Shown here: piece after piece, positions 27,533 through 38,729 of the stretch
How positions within the stretch are numbered: the stretch's first letter is position 1
How the letters are laid out: each line of letters begins with the position of its first letter
DNA from: Gammaproteobacteria bacterium
Lineage (GTDB): Bacteria > Pseudomonadota > Gammaproteobacteria > GCA-002705445 > GCA-002716945
DNA length: 64,000 bases
Assembly: GCA_018670435.1 (NCBI GenBank)
Contig: JABHRC010000039.1
Location: 2,964 to 66,963 of the forward strand
Reading direction: 5' to 3'
The notes under the pieces: model-generated
The model's database searches: none
The model's input: only the letters and a program-made list of their open reading frames with translations
What the model was told of the DNA's origin: nothing
Position numbers and translations under genes: made by a program

Positions 27533-28840
27533 ATGTTAAATAAAAAATTAATACTAGGTATTGGCATCTCTGGAATGTCATGCATAGAATTTTTTAATAA
27601 AAATAACATAACTTATAAGGTTTTTGATACAAGAGATAAAAATTATTTCAATGATTATAACTTTCAAAATACTAGTATAAAATCTTTTTATTTTGGAGAG
27701 TACCCTGATAATTTACTAGATGATATTGACGAGGTCATTATTAGTCCTGGTTTAAATAAGAACCATAAAATATTCTCAGATATTGAGAGCAATAAAATTA
27801 ATATTATTACAGATATTGATATTTTCAAAAGATATTGTAAGAGTAAAATAATATCTATTACAGGAACTAATGGAAAGACAACTGTTGTAACGATGTTAGA
27901 ACATGCCTTAAAAGCAATAGGTTATAAAGCTGTGGCATGTGGAAATAATGGAATCCCTCCGCTCACTATTATAGATAATACTTATGATTATGTCATATTA
28001 GAACTATCTAGTTATCAACTTGATTATATGTCAGACTTTAATTCATTTATCAGTATGATCACTAACATAGATCACGATCATCTAGACAGACATGAAAATA
28101 TGGAAAGCTATTCACTTATAAAACTTTCAATATTTGATGATTCTTTTTTTAGACTAGCTACTAATTCAATAAAAGAACTAATAGATGATGTTAAGCAGAT
28201 TAAATATTATGGCCTATGTGATAATGGAAGCTTGATAATTAATGGTCATGTAGTTGAAGGATTATATCGTGATGAAACCACAATATATTATAGAGAAAAC
28301 AATCTAAAATATAGAGGAAAGCATAACCTTAATAATATTTTGAGTGTAATTTCAGTATTAGATATAATAAATATTGAAATTAAAACTGCTTTAAGTTCTT
28401 TGGAAAACTATAATTATTTACCTCATCGATTAGAGCTAATTGATTCAACAAATAATATAAATTGGTATAATGATTCTAAATCAACGAACTGTGCATCTAC
28501 TAAAGCTGCCTTAGAATGTATTAATAAGAAGATTATTTTAATACTTGGTGGCTCTAAGAAAGAAATGTATTATGAATCTTTAAGCCCTCTTATCAATGAA
28601 AAAGTCAAACTGGTAATATTTATTGGTGAGAATAAGGAATATATAAAATCACAGCTGAAAGTAAATATACAGATGATTAATGCTAATAGTATAGAGTCAG
28701 CTGTGGAACTATCAAAGTTACACTCTTCAGATAATGATAATATTTTATTATCACCAGCTAGCCCAAGTTTTGATATGTTTGAAAACTATGAAGAAAGGGG
28801 GGCTGCATTTGTTTTAGCAGTTCAAAATATTGTTAAGTGA
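27533..28840 (+). CDS. murD: UDP-MurNAc-L-Ala-D-Glu ligase
   Basis: SPG, ITGTNGKTT, ELSSYQL, DHLDRH, NDSKSTN and LSPASPSFD motifs. Confidence 0.95.
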   Translation: MLNKKLILGIGISGMSCIEFFNKNNITYKVFDTRDKNYFNDYNFQNTSIKSFYFGEYPDNLLDDIDEVIISPGLNKNHKIFSDIESNKINIITDIDIFKRYCKSKIISITGTNGKTTVVTMLEHALKAIGYKAVACGNNGIPPLTIIDNTYDYVILELSSYQLDYMSDFNSFISMITNIDHDHLDRHENMESYSLIKLSIFDDSFFRLATNSIKELIDDVKQIKYYGLCDNGSLIINGHVVEGLYRDETTIYYRENNLKYRGKHNLNNILSVISVLDIINIEIKTALSSLENYNYLPHRLELIDSTNNINWYNDSKSTNCASTKAALECINKKIILILGGSKKEMYYESLSPLINEKVKLVIFIGENKEYIKSQLKVNIQMINANSIESAVELSKLHSSDNDNILLSPASPSFDMFENYEERGAAFVLAVQNIVK

Positions 28841-29984
28841 TATTATTAAAAAAAATATTTTAATAAGTGAAAGTCATGGCATAGACCATACAATGATCAT
28901 ATGTTTTGTTGCTCTGCTTTCTATAGGGTTAATAATGATCACCTCAGCTACACTTGATTATGCGCTTGATATGAGATCAAATCCTTATTACTTTATAACT
29001 AAACATTTAATTTATTTGTCTATGGGATTAATTCTCGCAGCAATTATTAGTAAAATTAAATTGAGTTTTTATTATGATTATGGAAAATATTTCTTACTAT
29101 TATCTTTTATTATTTCACTTATAATCTTTATCCCTGGATTAGGCAAAGAAATAAATGGAGCAAAAAGATGGCTTGATTTAGGTTTTATAACCATACAGGT
29201 TTCTGAAGTTTCAAGACTATTTATTATGTTTTGGATTTCTGGATTTATTGTAAAACATGACGTAAACAAGAGTTTTAATAAGTGTTTATTTATGATTGTT
29301 ATATTGTCTTTAATTATTCTTTATCAGAGAGACTTTGGTAGTACTGTGTTACTTGTTTTTACCTTCTTTTCTTTAATGTTGGTAGCTGGATTACATTTAA
29401 GATACTTATTATCTTATCTCTCCCTAGCTGTTTTAGCTGCAATCCCATTAATACTTTATCAGCCATACAGGCTCAAGAGAATTGTATCATTTATGAATCC
29501 TTGGGATGATCAGTCTGGAGGAGGCTATCAACTTATAGCTTCACTTTTGGCTTTTGGTAAAGGTGGTTTTTTTGGTCTAGGTCTAGGTTCCAGCGTTCAG
29601 AAATTAAACTATTTGCCTGAGTCTTATAATGACTTTATCTTTGCATTAATTGCTGAAGAACTTGGATTATTTTTTTCCCTAATTATACTCATACTATTTA
29701 GTATTATTTTTTTTAGAATTATTAGACTTGCTAATATATCAAGTGATAATAATCTTAGGTTCGCCTCATATTTATGTTTTACATTAGGTTTTTTTATTAC
29801 TTATCAGGCATTAATACATATAATGGTTAATACAGGTTTAGCTCCAACAAAGGGGATGGGCTTGCCATTCATAAGTTATGGTGGAACTAATCTTTTAATG
29901 ATGTTTATTTTCATAGGCCTATTGATTAGAATACAAATTGAGAATCGGCAAAAAATTAGTCATGCTGTTAAAAGAGGATTTTAA
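28830..29984 (+). CDS. ftsW: Peptidoglycan glycosyltransferase FtsW
   Basis: Polytopic membrane protein; NGAKRW, QVSE, DFG, GYQ, LPESYNDF and PTKGMGLPFISYGG motifs. Confidence 0.93.
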   Translation: MLSDIIKKNILISESHGIDHTMIICFVALLSIGLIMITSATLDYALDMRSNPYYFITKHLIYLSMGLILAAIISKIKLSFYYDYGKYFLLLSFIISLIIFIPGLGKEINGAKRWLDLGFITIQVSEVSRLFIMFWISGFIVKHDVNKSFNKCLFMIVILSLIILYQRDFGSTVLLVFTFFSLMLVAGLHLRYLLSYLSLAVLAAIPLILYQPYRLKRIVSFMNPWDDQSGGGYQLIASLLAFGKGGFFGLGLGSSVQKLNYLPESYNDFIFALIAEELGLFFSLIILILFSIIFFRIIRLANISSDNNLRFASYLCFTLGFFITYQALIHIMVNTGLAPTKGMGLPFISYGGTNLLMMFIFIGLLIRIQIENRQKISHAVKRGF

Positions 29985-29990
29985 AATAAT

Positions 29991-31064
29991 ATGAAAGTAG
30001 TAGCAATTTTTGCAAGTGGAACAGGAGGACATGTATATCCTGCATATACTATGGCACAAGTATATATTAATCTTGGTTATAAGGTCCTATGGATAGGAAC
30101 TAAGAATGGACTTGAGAATAAAGTTATAGATAATTCATCAGTAATTCTTGAGCATATTAGTTCACAAGGCATACGAGGAAAATCTTTATTGAAAAAATTT
30201 TTAGGATTACTTAATTTTATAAAATCAATATATGAGTCGTACAAGTTAATAAAAAAATATAAACCTTCTTTGTCTTTCGGTTTTGGTGGCTATGTGAGCG
30301 TAGGTCCTTCTATAGCATCTTATTTGTTATCTGTACCATTAATGGTGCATGAGCAAAATGCAGTCGTTGGAACAGCTAATAGAATTAACTATTATTTTGC
30401 AAAACGTATCTATGAGACCTTCCCCTTAAGTTTTAAAAAAAATAATATAAAAATAATACATACTGGGAATCCCGTAAGACCATCATTTGATAAGGTAAGT
30501 AATCCTGAATATAAATATAATGATAGCAACACATCTATTAACATTTTAGTTATGGGAGGTAGTCAAGGTGCTGCATTTCTAAATAATACAATGCCTTTTG
30601 CTTTTTCTCATTTTCATAATACTAATGTTTCTATCAAACATATCAGTGGACCTAATCATGCAGGATCGGTAAAAAATAAATATTTAAAATATTCTATAGA
30701 TTCAACTGTAATAACATATTCAAATTCTATAGATAAATTATATGATTGGGCAGATCTAGTTATCTGCAGAGCTGGATCAACATCTATATCTGAACTTGCG
30801 AAAATCGGAAGAGCAGTAATATTAGTACCATTTCCATATGCAACAGACAATCATCAGTTCTTCAATGCTAATTACTTGGCTAAAAACTCAGCAGCTATTT
30901 TATTAGAAGAGAAAGTTGAATTCATTGAAAACTTTATCACTACTGTAAATATTATTTTGAATGATCAGAAACGGTTGTATATGTTATCAAAAAATATACA
31001 AGATATATTCCCACTCAACACCATAAGTCTAATCACAGAGGACTCATTAAAATTTATTAAGTAA
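29991..31064 (+). CDS. murG: Lipid II GlcNAc transferase
   Basis: SGTGGHVYP, GFGGY, HEQN, GNPVR, GGSQGA and RAG motifs. Confidence 0.95.
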   Translation: MKVVAIFASGTGGHVYPAYTMAQVYINLGYKVLWIGTKNGLENKVIDNSSVILEHISSQGIRGKSLLKKFLGLLNFIKSIYESYKLIKKYKPSLSFGFGGYVSVGPSIASYLLSVPLMVHEQNAVVGTANRINYYFAKRIYETFPLSFKKNNIKIIHTGNPVRPSFDKVSNPEYKYNDSNTSINILVMGGSQGAAFLNNTMPFAFSHFHNTNVSIKHISGPNHAGSVKNKYLKYSIDSTVITYSNSIDKLYDWADLVICRAGSTSISELAKIGRAVILVPFPYATDNHQFFNANYLAKNSAAILLEEKVEFIENFITTVNIILNDQKRLYMLSKNIQDIFPLNTISLITEDSLKFIK

Positions 31065-31066
31065 TT

Positions 31067-31936
31067 ATGATTGTAGAAAATAATATATCTTTAAAAAGAT
31101 TCACAACTATTCATATTGGTGGAAACTCAGGAAAAATTCATTTCCCTGAATCCTTAGATGATATATTATCTCTTAGTAAAATACTGTTATTACCAAAAAC
31201 ATTAGTTATTGGGAAAGGATCAAATATTGCCTTTTCTGATAATGGATATAAATTTGATATAGTATCATTGAGAAAGTATGTTAAGGGTAAAATTACTTTG
31301 TTTGATGATAATAAAATATCTGTTTCAGCAGGTATATCATGCGCTAGATTCGCAAAATACTGTCATAAAAAATCTATATCTGGTTTTGAATTTCTTCATG
31401 GTATACCTGGATTGATTGGAGGGGCATTAGCGATGAATGCTGGTGCATTTAATCAGTCAATATGGAATCATGTAGAATCAGTCAATGTAATCAACAAGAA
31501 AGGTTTTATAGAGAATATAGCTGGTAATGATATTAATGCGTCATATCGTAGTATTGATAAAGAAAATATTTTATTATTTTTAGATGTTATTCTCAAAATT
31601 GACAAAAATAAGATTTTTGATAAAAAAATTCTCATAGATTTTTTAGAATATAGAAATAGAACTCAGCCTATAGGACAATGGTCATCCGGATGTATTTTTA
31701 AGAATCCTTCAAAAAAAATATCAGCAAGCTCATTAATTGATTCTCTTAAACTAAAACAGCGTAAATTTGGTGGCATATATATATCGACAAAACATTGTAA
31801 TTATTTTATTAATGATGGTAATGGTTCATGTGATGACCTTGTTCAATTAATTAATCATGTAACTAAATTAGTCAAGAAAAAGTATAATATAGCTCTAACT
31901 AAAGAGATTTGTATATATAGAGACGATCATGAATAA
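31067..31936 (+). CDS. murB: UDP-N-acetylenolpyruvoylglucosamine reductase
   Basis: IGG, GKGSN, GIPG.IGGALAMNAGA, QP...SSGCIFKNP and KHCNY motifs. Confidence 0.92.
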   Translation: MIVENNISLKRFTTIHIGGNSGKIHFPESLDDILSLSKILLLPKTLVIGKGSNIAFSDNGYKFDIVSLRKYVKGKITLFDDNKISVSAGISCARFAKYCHKKSISGFEFLHGIPGLIGGALAMNAGAFNQSIWNHVESVNVINKKGFIENIAGNDINASYRSIDKENILLFLDVILKIDKNKIFDKKILIDFLEYRNRTQPIGQWSSGCIFKNPSKKISASSLIDSLKLKQRKFGGIYISTKHCNYFINDGNGSCDDLVQLINHVTKLVKKKYNIALTKEICIYRDDHE

Positions 31937-32864
31937 CTTATCTGATAAGAATATAGGTATTTTATGTGGAGGATGGTCAGATGAGCGATCAGTTTCCCTA
32001 AATAGCGGGAAATCTGCGTACAAATCTCTCATAAGTAATAATTTACATGCCTATCTTTTTGACTATCAAAAAGATGATATTGGTGATCTTTCTAATTTTA
32101 TTAAAGATAACAAGATAGATATTATTTTTAACTTAATTCATGGTGTCGGAGGAGAAGATGGTCTAGTTCAGAGCTATCTAGATAAGTTATCAGTTAAATA
32201 CATTGGGTCAAATTCAAAGTCATCAAAAATATCATTCAATAAAGTTCTTACTAAAAAAATTTGGTTAAAAAAAGGTTTGAATACTCCAAAGTATTTAACT
32301 CTATCAGACACTATATCTTTTGAAGATATTAAAAAAATATCTGAGGATAAATTTATTTTAAAGCCATGCGCCTCAGGCTCAAGTGTAGGTATTAAAATAT
32401 TCAATACTTGTGATCTTAATTTGGCCAAATCTTCTAATATCTTAGAAAAACTCTCTATCGATAATCTTGATGCTAATGATTATTTTATTGAAGAATTTAT
32501 TAGTGCAAATGAATACACTGCTCCAATTATTAATAATCAAGTATTTCCAATTATTCAAATTAAAACAAAAAGAGAGTTTTATAATTATGAAGCAAAATAT
32601 TTAGATAAAGATACAGTTTTTTCATTTCCTAATTTTACAAAAAATGTTCACGAGCAAATAAATTCTTTATGCATGGAAGCGTTTAATAGCATAGGTTGTT
32701 CTGACTGGGGTCGCGTTGATTTCTTTATGGATGATAGTTCATCTATTAATTTAATTGAGATTAACTCGATACCTGGAATGACTGATCATAGTTTAGTACC
32801 CAAATCAGCAAAAAAAAATGGTATATCATACTACCAATTACTTTTATCACTTTTAAAAATCTAA
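31929..32864 (+). CDS. ddl: D-alanine--D-alanine ligase
   Basis: GGWSDERSVSL, HGVGGEDG, GSSVG, YNYEAKY and EINSIPGMT motifs. Confidence 0.95.
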   Translation: MNNLSDKNIGILCGGWSDERSVSLNSGKSAYKSLISNNLHAYLFDYQKDDIGDLSNFIKDNKIDIIFNLIHGVGGEDGLVQSYLDKLSVKYIGSNSKSSKISFNKVLTKKIWLKKGLNTPKYLTLSDTISFEDIKKISEDKFILKPCASGSSVGIKIFNTCDLNLAKSSNILEKLSIDNLDANDYFIEEFISANEYTAPIINNQVFPIIQIKTKREFYNYEAKYLDKDTVFSFPNFTKNVHEQINSLCMEAFNSIGCSDWGRVDFFMDDSSSINLIEINSIPGMTDHSLVPKSAKKNGISYYQLLLSLLKI

Positions 32865-32865
32865 A

Positions 32866-33528
32866 ATGAGAATTATCCTTATCTTTCTTGCTTTGTTAAT
32901 ACTATTATTAGGTACATATAACTACCCTGTTTTTTTTGGTTCTAACCCCGTAAAGCATATATATAAAGAAGGTACATTTGATCACAGCAATGAATCTAGG
33001 GTGGATACTATTTTAAAAACCTATATCTCTCATGAGATATATGAAATAAATTTGCGAGAATTGAAAAATTTACTAGAAGAGGATCCATGGATAAAGAATG
33101 CGCAAATTATACTAAGTCCTCCAGACATGATAAATGCTAGAATATCTGAATTCGAACCCTTATTTTTATGGAATAACTCACTATATATAGATGATACTGG
33201 TTCTTCTATTCCAGTAAATAACTATTATGTTAAAGATATTTTGAAAATATCTTCTACTAAAGATGATCAGATAAGTATGTATAATTTGTATTTGAGTATT
33301 CAAGAAATATTTACTTCTATAGATATTACTATTATTGAATTATCTAAAGATGATGAAATGCTTATTATACTAACATCAGGGTATAGATTTTTTGTGCGCT
33401 ATTCAGATTATGATTTAAAACTTAAAGAATTTACATCTGTATATGATCAGTTTTTGCTTACCCAGAAATCAAGAAAAATAAGAAAGAATATTGATTTAAG
33501 ATACCCTACAGGTTTTGCTGTACAGTAA
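32866..33528 (+). CDS. ftsQ: Cell division protein FtsQ (short, divergent)
   Basis: N-terminal TM segment, PWIK, C-terminal IDLRYPTGFAV; between ddl and ftsA. Confidence 0.85.
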   Translation: MRIILIFLALLILLLGTYNYPVFFGSNPVKHIYKEGTFDHSNESRVDTILKTYISHEIYEINLRELKNLLEEDPWIKNAQIILSPPDMINARISEFEPLFLWNNSLYIDDTGSSIPVNNYYVKDILKISSTKDDQISMYNLYLSIQEIFTSIDITIIELSKDDEMLIILTSGYRFFVRYSDYDLKLKEFTSVYDQFLLTQKSRKIRKNIDLRYPTGFAVQ

Positions 33529-33546
33529 ATAATGATATTATAAAGT

Positions 33547-34797
33547 ATGGCTAATACTACGAATAAAGATGAATTCATTGTTGCCCTAGATATAGGTACC
33601 ACTAAAGTTCTATGTTTAGTTGCTGACTATGATGATAATGGAGAAATAAGATTAGTAGGCGTTGGTCAAGAAGCCTGTAGCGGGCTGAACAAAGGTGTTA
33701 TTTCTGAAATTGATGCAACTGTAAATAGTATTCGAAAAGCTAAAGATCAAGCCCGAACGATGACAAATTGTAAATTTACTAAAGTTATCACTGGAATTGC
33801 AGGTAATCATATTCAGAGTTATAACGGGAATGCAGCTATAAATATTTTAAATGATGAGGTAACCCAGGAGGATAAGGATAAAGTTATAGCAAGCGCAAGT
33901 GATATAAGTATTCCTCCTGACCAAGAAATTCTTCATAGAATACCACAGTACTTTACTATAGATGGACAAATGGGTATAAAAGAGCCTATAGGCATGGCCG
34001 GTAAAAGATTAGAAGCTAATGTACATGTTATTACATGCTCAACAACAGCAAAAAAGAATTTAACCAAATGTATAGAAAATAGTTTTTTAGAGGTTGATGA
34101 ATTTGTTTTACAACCAGTTGCCTCTAGTTATTCTGTTTTAACAGATGAAGAAAAATCTCTAGGTGTTTGTCTTGTTGATATTGGCGGAGGAACCACAGAT
34201 ATCGCTATATTTACAGATGGTGACATTAAACATACCGCTGTAATACCTGCTGCTGGTCAAATGGTCACCAATGATATTCGCATAGGGTTACGAACTTCAT
34301 TAGAAGCAGCTGAAGATATCAAAAAGAAGTATGGTAGTTTAATCAATGAAGCAAATGATGCTCAAATTAATATACCCGTTCCATCAGTTTCTGATAAACC
34401 AGAATCAGAAATAAGTAAGCCATCTCTTACTCATATAATTACTTGTAGAATAGATGAGATATTTCAACAAATTGAAGAGGAAATTAATTCCAGTGGCTGG
34501 GCATCTAAGATCAGGGCAGGCATTGTATTCACAGGCGGAGGTTGTAAATTAAATGGACTGGATACATATGCTGAGAATAAACTATTAATGCCAACAAGAA
34601 TAGGGAGCCCTAAAGATATTATTGGAATACAAAATTTAAGTGGACAAACAAGATATTCAACCGCTGTAGGATTATTATTGTACAAAGATGAAAAGCTTAA
34701 TGATATGCCTCATAGACAGAAATCAGATAATCCTATAATAAAATATATTGAGACTATCTGGAATAAATTTTCCATTTACTTTCAAAGAGAACTTTAG
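33547..34797 (+). CDS. ftsA: Cell division protein FtsA
   Basis: LDIGTTK, VDIGGGTTD, AEDIK, VFTGGG and STAVGL motifs. Confidence 0.96.
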   Translation: MANTTNKDEFIVALDIGTTKVLCLVADYDDNGEIRLVGVGQEACSGLNKGVISEIDATVNSIRKAKDQARTMTNCKFTKVITGIAGNHIQSYNGNAAINILNDEVTQEDKDKVIASASDISIPPDQEILHRIPQYFTIDGQMGIKEPIGMAGKRLEANVHVITCSTTAKKNLTKCIENSFLEVDEFVLQPVASSYSVLTDEEKSLGVCLVDIGGGTTDIAIFTDGDIKHTAVIPAAGQMVTNDIRIGLRTSLEAAEDIKKKYGSLINEANDAQINIPVPSVSDKPESEISKPSLTHIITCRIDEIFQQIEEEINSSGWASKIRAGIVFTGGGCKLNGLDTYAENKLLMPTRIGSPKDIIGIQNLSGQTRYSTAVGLLLYKDEKLNDMPHRQKSDNPIIKYIETIWNKFSIYFQREL

Positions 34798-34908
34798 TTT
34801 TAACAATCTGTCTAAATAGATGTATGTATAACATGCATGTTGTCGTTATGCTGTAAAAAAACCCTGTAAAGGCTTGAAATTACTTAACATTCATTTAAAA
34901 TTGAACAT

Positions 34909-35826
34909 ATGCTTAAACAAAGGACATTATCGAGTAAAATAAAAGCTTCTGGGGTTGGTCTTCATACTGGAAAAAAGATAACTTTAATTCTAAATCCAGC
35001 TCCTATAAACTCAGGGATTACTTTTTTAAGAACAGATATTAAATCTAATGCAATCAATGCTTCTTTAGAAAATGTGCATGATACTCGATTATCTACAACT
35101 TTATCAAATAAAACTGCAAAAATATCAACAGTGGAGCATTTACTTTCTGCATTTGCTGGACTCGGCATAGATAATGCTCTTATAGAACTTGACGGGCCTG
35201 AGGTGCCAATAATGGATGGCAGCGCAAGACCATTTGTATTTATGATACAATCTGCTGGCATTCAAGAACAGGATGATACTAAAAAATTTATTAAGATAAA
35301 AAAGACGATCGAAGTCAGGCAGGATGAGAAATGGGCGAAGATTGAGCCTTTTGATGGATTTAAGGTAGCTTTCACCATAGACTTTAATCATCCGGCATTC
35401 AGTCAAAGTTCTCAGTCTTCTGAAATAGATTTTTCATCTGTATCTTATTTAAGTCAAGTAAGTCGCGCAAGAACATTCGGGTTTGCTAAAGATATTGAAT
35501 TATTACGTAAAAATAACTTAGCATTGGGTGGCAGTGTAAATAATGCAATAGTAATAGATGACTATAAGGTTGTGAATGAAGAGGGTGTTCGCTTCGAAGA
35601 TGAATTTGTAAAACATAAAATATTGGATGCAATAGGAGATTTGTATTTATTAGGCCACGGATTAATTGGTTCTTTTTCTGCTTATAAGTCGGGACATCAT
35701 TTGAATAATCTTTTACTAAGAGAGTTAGTTAATAACCAAGATGCATGGGAAGAAGTTACCATAGAAGATAATGAAAAATCTCCAATATTTTATAGCACGC
35801 CTGAGCCGCATATTGCTCAGTCATAA
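34909..35826 (+). CDS. lpxC: UDP-3-O-acyl-GlcNAc deacetylase
   Basis: [28 protein letters not shown] and [10 protein letters not shown] motifs. Confidence 0.97.
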   Translation: MLKQRTLSSKIKASGVGLHTGKKITLILNPAPINSGITFLRTDIKSNAINASLENVHDTRLSTTLSNKTAKISTVEHLLSAFAGLGIDNALIELDGPEVPIMDGSARPFVFMIQSAGIQEQDDTKKFIKIKKTIEVRQDEKWAKIEPFDGFKVAFTIDFNHPAFSQSSQSSEIDFSSVSYLSQVSRARTFGFAKDIELLRKNNLALGGSVNNAIVIDDYKVVNEEGVRFEDEFVKHKILDAIGDLYLLGHGLIGSFSAYKSGHHLNNLLLRELVNNQDAWEEVTIEDNEKSPIFYSTPEPHIAQS

Positions 35827-36092
35827 TCAATAATTGTCACTTTTATATCATTAATTTTACAGAAAGTATTGTTCTTAAGAATGTCAATATACTTCTGTTT
35901 TTCAAATCTCATTAGTGTTGCAATAGAACTATTTTTACAACTTATTATAAGCACATCGTCTTTAAGAGAACCTACTTCTATATTATCAAGAACATTCTTT
36001 GGGAAAACATCTGAAATATAGCAAGTTAAGTCTTTGATTAAAGCATTCTTGTTGATAACATGCACAGGTATGAATGACGATATTTTTTTCAT
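35817..36092 (-). CDS. DciA / DUF721 family protein
   Basis: 91-aa ORF in the conserved position between lpxC and secA, opposite strand; L.I.C.NS..AT.MRF pattern. Confidence 0.65.
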   Translation of the reverse strand: MKKISSFIPVHVINKNALIKDLTCYISDVFPKNVLDNIEVGSLKDDVLIISCKNSSIATLMRFEKQKYIDILKNNTFCKINDIKVTIIDYD

Positions 36093-36152
36093 AATCTATT
36101 ATACTGATTGTACGACAATAAACTCATTTTATACAATTTTATATAAACTATT

Positions 36153-38729
36153 ATGATATCAAATTTCATTAAAAATATATTTGGAAGTAGAAATGGTCGT
36201 ATTCTTAAAGAATATGCCCCTCTTGTTAAAAAGATTAATGGGTTAGAGGATAAGTATCAAAAATTCTCACAATCAGACTTTCAATTGGAAACTAAGCTAT
36301 TAAGGGAGAAGTTCAAAGAAAATAATGATCTTGATTGTATTTTAGCTGAAGCATTTGCACTAACTCGAGAGGCATCCATCAGAACATTAGGTTTAAGACA
36401 TTTTGATGAGCAGCTTCTTGGAGGTATTGCTCTGCATTTTGGTAAAATAGCTGAAATGAAAACAGGTGAGGGCAAAACTTTGGTTTCTACATTACCTGCC
36501 TATCTTAACTCGTTATCGGGTCAATCTGTATTTATAATTACTGTGAATGATTATTTGGCATTGAGGGATTCAGAATGGATGGGTGAAATATTTAACTATC
36601 TTGGGTTATCTGTAGGAACGATTACAAGTTCTTTAGCACCAGATGAGAGAAAGAAGGCATATGAATGTGATGTTATTTATGGAACTAATAATGAATTTGG
36701 TTTTGATTATTTAAGAGATAATATGACATATGAACTAAATCAAAAGGTTCAGAGTAAATTAAGTTATGCAATTATTGATGAAGTCGATTCTGTTTTGATT
36801 GATGAAGCTAGAACACCATTAGTAATTTCAGGATCCGCCAAAGAATCCAGTAATTTATACCTAAAGATCAATAAAGTTACTCAATTACTTATTGCTAACA
36901 ACAAAGACGATAAACTTTTTACTATAGATGAAAAACAAAAATCTGTTTCACTTACTGAAGATGGGCATATTCAAATTGAGGAAATATTTGTTAAAAATAA
37001 CTTACTGCAAAAAAATGAAACCTTATATGACCCTAAAAATATTCAGCTATTACATTTAATTGATGCTAGTTTAAAAGCAAATTTGATGTATCACAAAGAT
37101 ATTGATTATGTTGTCGAAAATAATGAAATTGTTATTATTGATGAGTTCTCTGGTAGAAAGATGCCCGGAAGAAGATGGTCTGAAGGTTTGCATCAATCGG
37201 TAGAAGCAAAAGAATCAGTAAAAATACAAAACGAAAATTTAACATATGCATCCATAACTTTTCAAAACTATTTCAGGTTATTTGATAAACTATCAGGCAT
37301 GACAGGTACAGCAGATACAGAGTCAATAGAATTTCAGCAAATATACAATTTAGAAGTTATCGTTATACCGTCACATAAAAAAATGATTAGAAAAGATCAC
37401 ATTGATCAAGTATTTCTTACAACAAAAGAAAAATATAATGCGATTATTAAAGATATTTCTATAATTCATAATACTGGACAACCTATTTTGGTTGGTACCA
37501 CCTCTATTGAAGCATCCGAATATATATCAAAACTTTTAAAGGTTCAAAAAATTAAACATCATGTACTTAATGCTAAACAACATCAAAAAGAAGCAGAGAT
37601 AATCTCCCAAGCTGGGAAATTATCAGCAGTAACAATTGCAACTAACATGGCTGGACGTGGCACAGATATTGTTCTTGGTGGAAAAGACATAAGTAATACA
37701 GGAGCAACTCCATTGCTGGATAATCCAGAAAAAATTAAAAAAATTGGAGGATTGTATATTATTGGTACTGAAAGACATGAATCTAGGCGCGTTGATAATC
37801 AATTGAGAGGACGCTCAGGAAGGCAAGGAGATCCTGGTGAATCTAGATTTTATTTATCATTAGAAGATAATTTAATGAGAATATTTGCTTCTGATAAAGT
37901 AACTGAAATCATGAAAAAACTAGGTATGCAAGATGGAGAAGCAATAGAACACAAGTGGGTTTCTAACTCTATCGAGAACGCGCAAAAGAGAGTAGAAGCA
38001 TATAACTTTGACATAAGAAAGACGTTACTTGAATATGATGATATTGCTAACGAACAAAGGAAGGTAATCTATAATCAGCGCAATGATATCTTGTCATCAG
38101 ATGACTTATCCTTGATTTATAATAATATACTTAGATTTACATGCGATGATCTTGTAAGAAATTATATTCCTTTGGATATTCCATCATCTCAGTGGGATTA
38201 TAATTTAATTAATGATACATTCAAAAGTGATTTTTCAATAGATATTGATAGTTCAGGTGTTATAGAAGCTGGTGATCATAATGGAAGGGAAACATTTAAG
38301 AAATATATTCAAGATGTAATTAATCATAAAATTGAAACTAATCTTAAGATTTTATCTAACGAAGATAAGAAAGAGTTAATTAGAAATATATTTTTAAGTG
38401 TCATAGACGAAGATTGGAGAAATCATTTAAATGCTATGGATTATCTGAGACAGGGTATTGGACTTAGAAGTTATGCTCAAAAGAATCCAAAGAATGAGTA
38501 CAAAAGAGAGTCATTTGAGATGTTTGAGGAAATGTTGTCAGTAAATAACTTTGAAACTATAAAGATCTTAGCTAAAATAAAGATAAGTAATCCGAATGTA
38601 TCAGATAAATTAACTAAAGATGAAAATGCTGATTTTGATAAGAATAAAGTAAATTCTGATATCTCTAGAAATGCTCTATGCCCATGCGGTTCTGGAAAAA
38701 AGTATAAAAGATGTTGTGGTAAGTTATGA
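36153..38729 (+). CDS. secA: Preprotein translocase ATPase SecA
   Basis: EMKTGEGKT, DEVDSVLIDEARTPL, ATNMAGRGTDI and the SEC-C motif CPCGSGKKYKRCC. Confidence 0.98.
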   Translation: MISNFIKNIFGSRNGRILKEYAPLVKKINGLEDKYQKFSQSDFQLETKLLREKFKENNDLDCILAEAFALTREASIRTLGLRHFDEQLLGGIALHFGKIAEMKTGEGKTLVSTLPAYLNSLSGQSVFIITVNDYLALRDSEWMGEIFNYLGLSVGTITSSLAPDERKKAYECDVIYGTNNEFGFDYLRDNMTYELNQKVQSKLSYAIIDEVDSVLIDEARTPLVISGSAKESSNLYLKINKVTQLLIANNKDDKLFTIDEKQKSVSLTEDGHIQIEEIFVKNNLLQKNETLYDPKNIQLLHLIDASLKANLMYHKDIDYVVENNEIVIIDEFSGRKMPGRRWSEGLHQSVEAKESVKIQNENLTYASITFQNYFRLFDKLSGMTGTADTESIEFQQIYNLEVIVIPSHKKMIRKDHIDQVFLTTKEKYNAIIKDISIIHNTGQPILVGTTSIEASEYISKLLKVQKIKHHVLNAKQHQKEAEIISQAGKLSAVTIATNMAGRGTDIVLGGKDISNTGATPLLDNPEKIKKIGGLYIIGTERHESRRVDNQLRGRSGRQGDPGESRFYLSLEDNLMRIFASDKVTEIMKKLGMQDGEAIEHKWVSNSIENAQKRVEAYNFDIRKTLLEYDDIANEQRKVIYNQRNDILSSDDLSLIYNNILRFTCDDLVRNYIPLDIPSSQWDYNLINDTFKSDFSIDIDSSGVIEAGDHNGRETFKKYIQDVINHKIETNLKILSNEDKKELIRNIFLSVIDEDWRNHLNAMDYLRQGIGLRSYAQKNPKNEYKRESFEMFEEMLSVNNFETIKILAKIKISNPNVSDKLTKDENADFDKNKVNSDISRNALCPCGSGKKYKRCCGKL

